64,000 bases of DNA from a virus. Location of the stretch: positions 32,001 through 96,000 of IMG/VR virus record IMGVR_UViG_3300023276_000007; one strand, 5' to 3'. Positions 61,271 to 64,000 of the stretch are shown piece by piece. Within the stretch, counting starts at the first letter, position 1. Each line of letters opens with the position of its first letter. The notes beneath the pieces are model-generated. The model had not been told where the DNA came from. It saw only the letters and a list, made by a program, of their open reading frames with translations, and made no database searches. A program made the position numbers and the translations under genes.

Positions 61271-61843
61271 ATGGACTATAGCGACGTAATAACAGCGGCA
61301 GTAACCACAGTATCCACTCTGGTATTGACGTACTTTGGCTACGTTAGGAAACGCCTTGTAACTATAGACAAGGTGTCTAAATCTGTGCATGGGGACGAGG
61401 ACTCATCTGGATTAGTAAAGACGGTTAGTAAGATAACTGACGCCCTCAACGGGGTCGGTGCTGAAGACGGTGTATTAAAAGAGTTAAGAGAAGTAATCGA
61501 AGAGCTAGAAAAAATAGACAAAAAGGTCCACAACCATGATGAGTACCTAAATGGTAATGGCGTCTATGACGGGGCGATGAAGAGGTTGAAGGAGCTAGAA
61601 GATCATTTGGAAGAATGCCTAGCCCGAGCCGCCACAGTTACTGCATTTGGAAAAACCTTAGACTCAATACAAAGACAATTAGATGACCTTAAAAGAACCT
61701 CTACGAAAGATACCCAAGAGCTAATTAAAGAGGCGCTAAAGCCTCTGTGGGCTGTTATGGAAAAGAAGATCGGTAAAGATCTTGCAGACATACAGTTCAA
61801 ACACATGATGAGCGAAATAGAGAAGATAGGCCGCGAGAGATAA
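61271..61843 (+). CDS. Single-TM coiled-coil protein (holin/lysis-like)
   Basis: N-terminal hydrophobic helix followed by RKR, then coiled coil. Confidence 0.4.
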   Translation: MDYSDVITAAVTTVSTLVLTYFGYVRKRLVTIDKVSKSVHGDEDSSGLVKTVSKITDALNGVGAEDGVLKELREVIEELEKIDKKVHNHDEYLNGNGVYDGAMKRLKELEDHLEECLARAATVTAFGKTLDSIQRQLDDLKRTSTKDTQELIKEALKPLWAVMEKKIGKDLADIQFKHMMSEIEKIGRER

Positions 61844-62248
61844 ATGCACACATTAACTAAGGATAGCACTATGTCTAAAAAAACCATTAATACTAAAAGT
61901 AGCACCCAGACTGTAGCAGTCTTTGACGATGACGAAAGCATCTGCAAAACTATACAAGCTCTGGTCGAAAAGCAAGGGATGGTGTGTGTTTCAGCCACGT
62001 CTATCCCTGGTGCTGCATTCGAGATAGGGAGAAATAAGCCCGACATTATAGTAACCGACTTCGAGTTTCAGCATAGCTTCAACATAGCCTTATTGGCCGA
62101 ACATCTAGAAGCAAGCGCAGACCGGGTTATTATCCTTACAGGTGGTAATCCTAAAGAAATTCTCCGCAAGTATCCAGCACTTTCATTTGCAAAATTTATA
62201 AAAAAGGGTAGTCCTTTACGTAACGTAATTAAAGAAATTACGGCATAA
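61844..62248 (+). CDS. Stand-alone response-regulator receiver domain (CheY-like)
   Basis: VAVFDDD, PDIIVTD, VIILTG, FIKKG; start may be ATG61871. Confidence 0.8.
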   Translation: MHTLTKDSTMSKKTINTKSSTQTVAVFDDDESICKTIQALVEKQGMVCVSATSIPGAAFEIGRNKPDIIVTDFEFQHSFNIALLAEHLEASADRVIILTGGNPKEILRKYPALSFAKFIKKGSPLRNVIKEITA

Positions 62249-62266
62249 TACGAAAAGGACATACGA

Positions 62267-62470
62267 ATGAAAACATACACAATTACAGAACAGCAGATCC
62301 AGACGCTAGCCGCCTATATGGGCGAGATACCTTATAAGACAGTCAAAGAGGCTATGGCGATTATACACGTAGTAGCCTCTCGCCAAGAGATAAAAGAGAT
62401 AAAAGACACACCAGCCCCAGAAGACGCCAAGAAAAAGGCTGTTCCAGACGCAAAAGAATCGGCTAAATAA
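62267..62470 (+). CDS. Small hypothetical protein
   Basis: SD AAGGA; YMGEIPYKTV. Confidence 0.5.
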   Translation: MKTYTITEQQIQTLAAYMGEIPYKTVKEAMAIIHVVASRQEIKEIKDTPAPEDAKKKAVPDAKESAK

Positions 62471-62482
62471 CGACCTTAAATA

Positions 62483-62491
62483 TGTTATAAT
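62483..62491 (+). promoter_or_regulatory. Extended -10 promoter candidate
   Basis: Perfect TGnTATAAT in an intergenic AT-rich region. Confidence 0.45.
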
Positions 62492-62539
62492 AACTATACA
62501 CCAGTTAGATATCTCGTAGCGTCTAACTTAAAGTGTTTC

Positions 62540-62616
62540 AAAGCCTCCTTTGTTATTCTCATTACACTAAGTACTTTATACTAACGTAATGAACATAACA
62601 AAGGAGGCTTTTTTTT
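62540..62616 (+). terminator. Long hairpin with T-run (terminator, also masks the SD of the next ORF)
   Basis: AAAGCCTCCTTTGTTAT/ATAACAAAGGAGGCTTT 17-bp stem plus inner stem; T8. Confidence 0.7.
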
Positions 62617-62777
62617 ATGGCTACAATAAATAAATCCGCTGAGTACTATAGGTACACAGCCAAATTAGCAAGAGGTCAAGATATTGAATCAAGCCAAGGT
62701 ACCTGTAAACGGTACCAAACAAATAATATTCTCTCAGCAAAGCGAGATGACCGCCTAACGCACGGTCGACCAGGAAA

Positions 62778-62987
62778 ATGGTTACCGTATTTGCCGGGGT
62801 CGTATTCTTCGGATCTGTCATAGCTGCAGGCTCGTCAGAGATTAGTTATAGGAAAACTGTTAAAAGAAGGGACGATAAAGTTTCGGAATGGAAGCAGGCT
62901 TCTAAAGAACTACTCAGACAGCAGCAGCGCGTAGCACAGACCAAGGTAGAATACGAGCGAATCAAGAGAATCTCTTCCCTTGATTAA
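62778..62987 (+). CDS. Small membrane-anchored protein
   Basis: Hydrophobic N-terminus, basic coiled tail. Confidence 0.35.
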   Translation: MVTVFAGVVFFGSVIAAGSSEISYRKTVKRRDDKVSEWKQASKELLRQQQRVAQTKVEYERIKRISSLD

Positions 62988-63027
62988 TTTATAAATACGA
63001 AACAAACAAAAACGAAAGGAGCGGCGT

Positions 63028-63483
63028 ATGATCGCAGAAGCTCTTCTATTAGGCTCTATAGCCGGAATGGTTTATGCAGACCGTCGTAAAAGAAAACGAC
63101 ATCTTGTAGCCAGGCATAATATAGTCATGCAAGAACAGATCGATGCGGATATAGAGGCCAGTAAGACTCTAATGGAGCAGGCCAATATCCAAGAAGCCTT
63201 GATATTAAAACATCGGGTAACGAAACAAGGAGTGGCATTGTATCAAGCCACCCGACTAGATTATGAGCTGTCAGATAAGTCTGAGACGCTTTTAACTATG
63301 ATAATGAAGCGAGTTCCAGATTCGGTACTTGCTTTTAAAAGTCTTAATAGTAGGATGCCTACTATTGATGACCACGAGGTGGTTACAGTGGACGACCTCG
63401 TATTTGTCGAGGCGTTAAGCAAATGCTTAGGGGGAAATAATAAGCAGCGTCCAAAAGGTCGCCCTTCCCTCGCACTAGCCTAG
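63028..63483 (+). CDS. Hypothetical protein with N-terminal hydrophobic segment
   Basis: SD AAGGAG; followed by terminator. Confidence 0.55.
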   Translation: MIAEALLLGSIAGMVYADRRKRKRHLVARHNIVMQEQIDADIEASKTLMEQANIQEALILKHRVTKQGVALYQATRLDYELSDKSETLLTMIMKRVPDSVLAFKSLNSRMPTIDDHEVVTVDDLVFVEALSKCLGGNNKQRPKGRPSLALA

Positions 63484-63499
63484 CAACCCCCACGCAGAT

Positions 63500-63553
63500 G
63501 AAGCGATAACTTTCTTGTACATATATACAAGAGAGTTATCGCTTCTCTTTTTT
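63500..63553 (+). terminator. Rho-independent terminator with 20-bp stem
   Basis: GAAGCGATAACTTTCTTGTA/TACAAGAGAGTTATCGCTTC followed by T-run. Confidence 0.8.
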
Positions 63554-63605
63554 ACCTTAATAAATAAATAAAATAACTTAAATTTAGCTATTGGAGAAAA
63601 TAGAC

Positions 63606-64000
63606 ATGCTAACAAACAATATGATTAACGTAGACCCATTCTGCGACGTAGACATGAACTCACTAGAAGCAGTAGGCCTACCTGATAAATTCGTAGTACG
63701 CCTTCGGGACACAGACAGCGGTGATATGGTTCCTATTAATACTAAAGGAGCAATCCACGGACCAGGTTACCGTTTAGTTCCGAACTCTCGCGTTAACCAG
63801 ATTACACAGGATGTATTAACCCGTACAGGTATGGACTGGGAAGCTCTTCCTAAGTATGGACAGTCTAAAGTGTCAGACCAGGAATGGGATGGTAAGAAAT
63901 TCGCACAGCGCTTTTTCATACCAGAAGTCAACATCGACGTTGAAGAAGGTGAAGGCACTAAGCTCATGCTTGGTGTAGAAGCGGTTAATAGCTATGATGG
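63606..64000 (+). CDS. DUF932/DUF945-like protein, 3'-truncated (missing from ORF track)
   Basis: SD GGAG; reads MLTNNMINVDPF...GYRLVPN...WDGKKF...GVEAVNSYD(G), matching the family Y..V.N and NS(Y/H)DG motifs. Confidence 0.6.
   Translation, partial: MLTNNMINVDPFCDVDMNSLEAVGLPDKFVVRLRDTDSGDMVPINTKGAIHGPGYRLVPNSRVNQITQDVLTRTGMDWEALPKYGQSKVSDQEWDGKKFAQRFFIPEVNIDVEEGEGTKLMLGVEAVNSYD

Noticed and set aside
14-63967. Numerous minus-strand ORFs in the track
   Set aside because: They lie antisense to well-coupled + strand genes and have shadow-like Ser/Pro/Ala composition; no independent evidence
1-64000. Stop-codon reassignment, tRNAs, introns or inteins
   Set aside because: TAA, TAG and TGA all end coupled genes at near-complete coding density; no cloverleaf or splicing motifs recognised by eye
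1-64000. Specific host assignment (e.g. a sulfated-glycan-degrading PVC bacterium)
   Set aside because: Plausible from gene content but cannot be supported without CRISPR-spacer or homology searches

Overview
This window is the virion-morphogenesis region of a large (jumbo-type) myovirus. About 60 tightly packed genes all lie on the + strand and use the standard code. The order is: head module (Zn-finger prohead protease, acidic scaffold, decoration protein, major capsid protein, Gly-zipper internal proteins), neck, a very large 1412-aa tail sheath, tube, spike/hub, tail chaperone with a -1 frameshift signal, tape measure, baseplate (with a sigma-70 factor embedded in it), five paralogous Cys-rich appendage proteins and many fibre/adhesin genes. 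The window ends with a holin-like gene, a lone response-regulator receiver and a DUF932-like gene. The most striking locus is 39-48 kb. Cys-rich and cadherin-like virion proteins carrying mucin-like poly-Thr tracts are directly followed by APS kinase (cysC), a PAPS-dependent sulfotransferase and a glycosyltransferase with the motif series of polypeptide GalNAc-transferases. This suggests a phage-encoded sulfated O-glycan ('sulfomucin') decoration system. The cadherin genes also appear to split one domain across gene boundaries, suggesting a head-to-tail polymerising fibre. A pervasive K-x-A motif in head proteins is a candidate prohead-protease cleavage code. All family calls are by eye from motifs and gene order; no database search was run.
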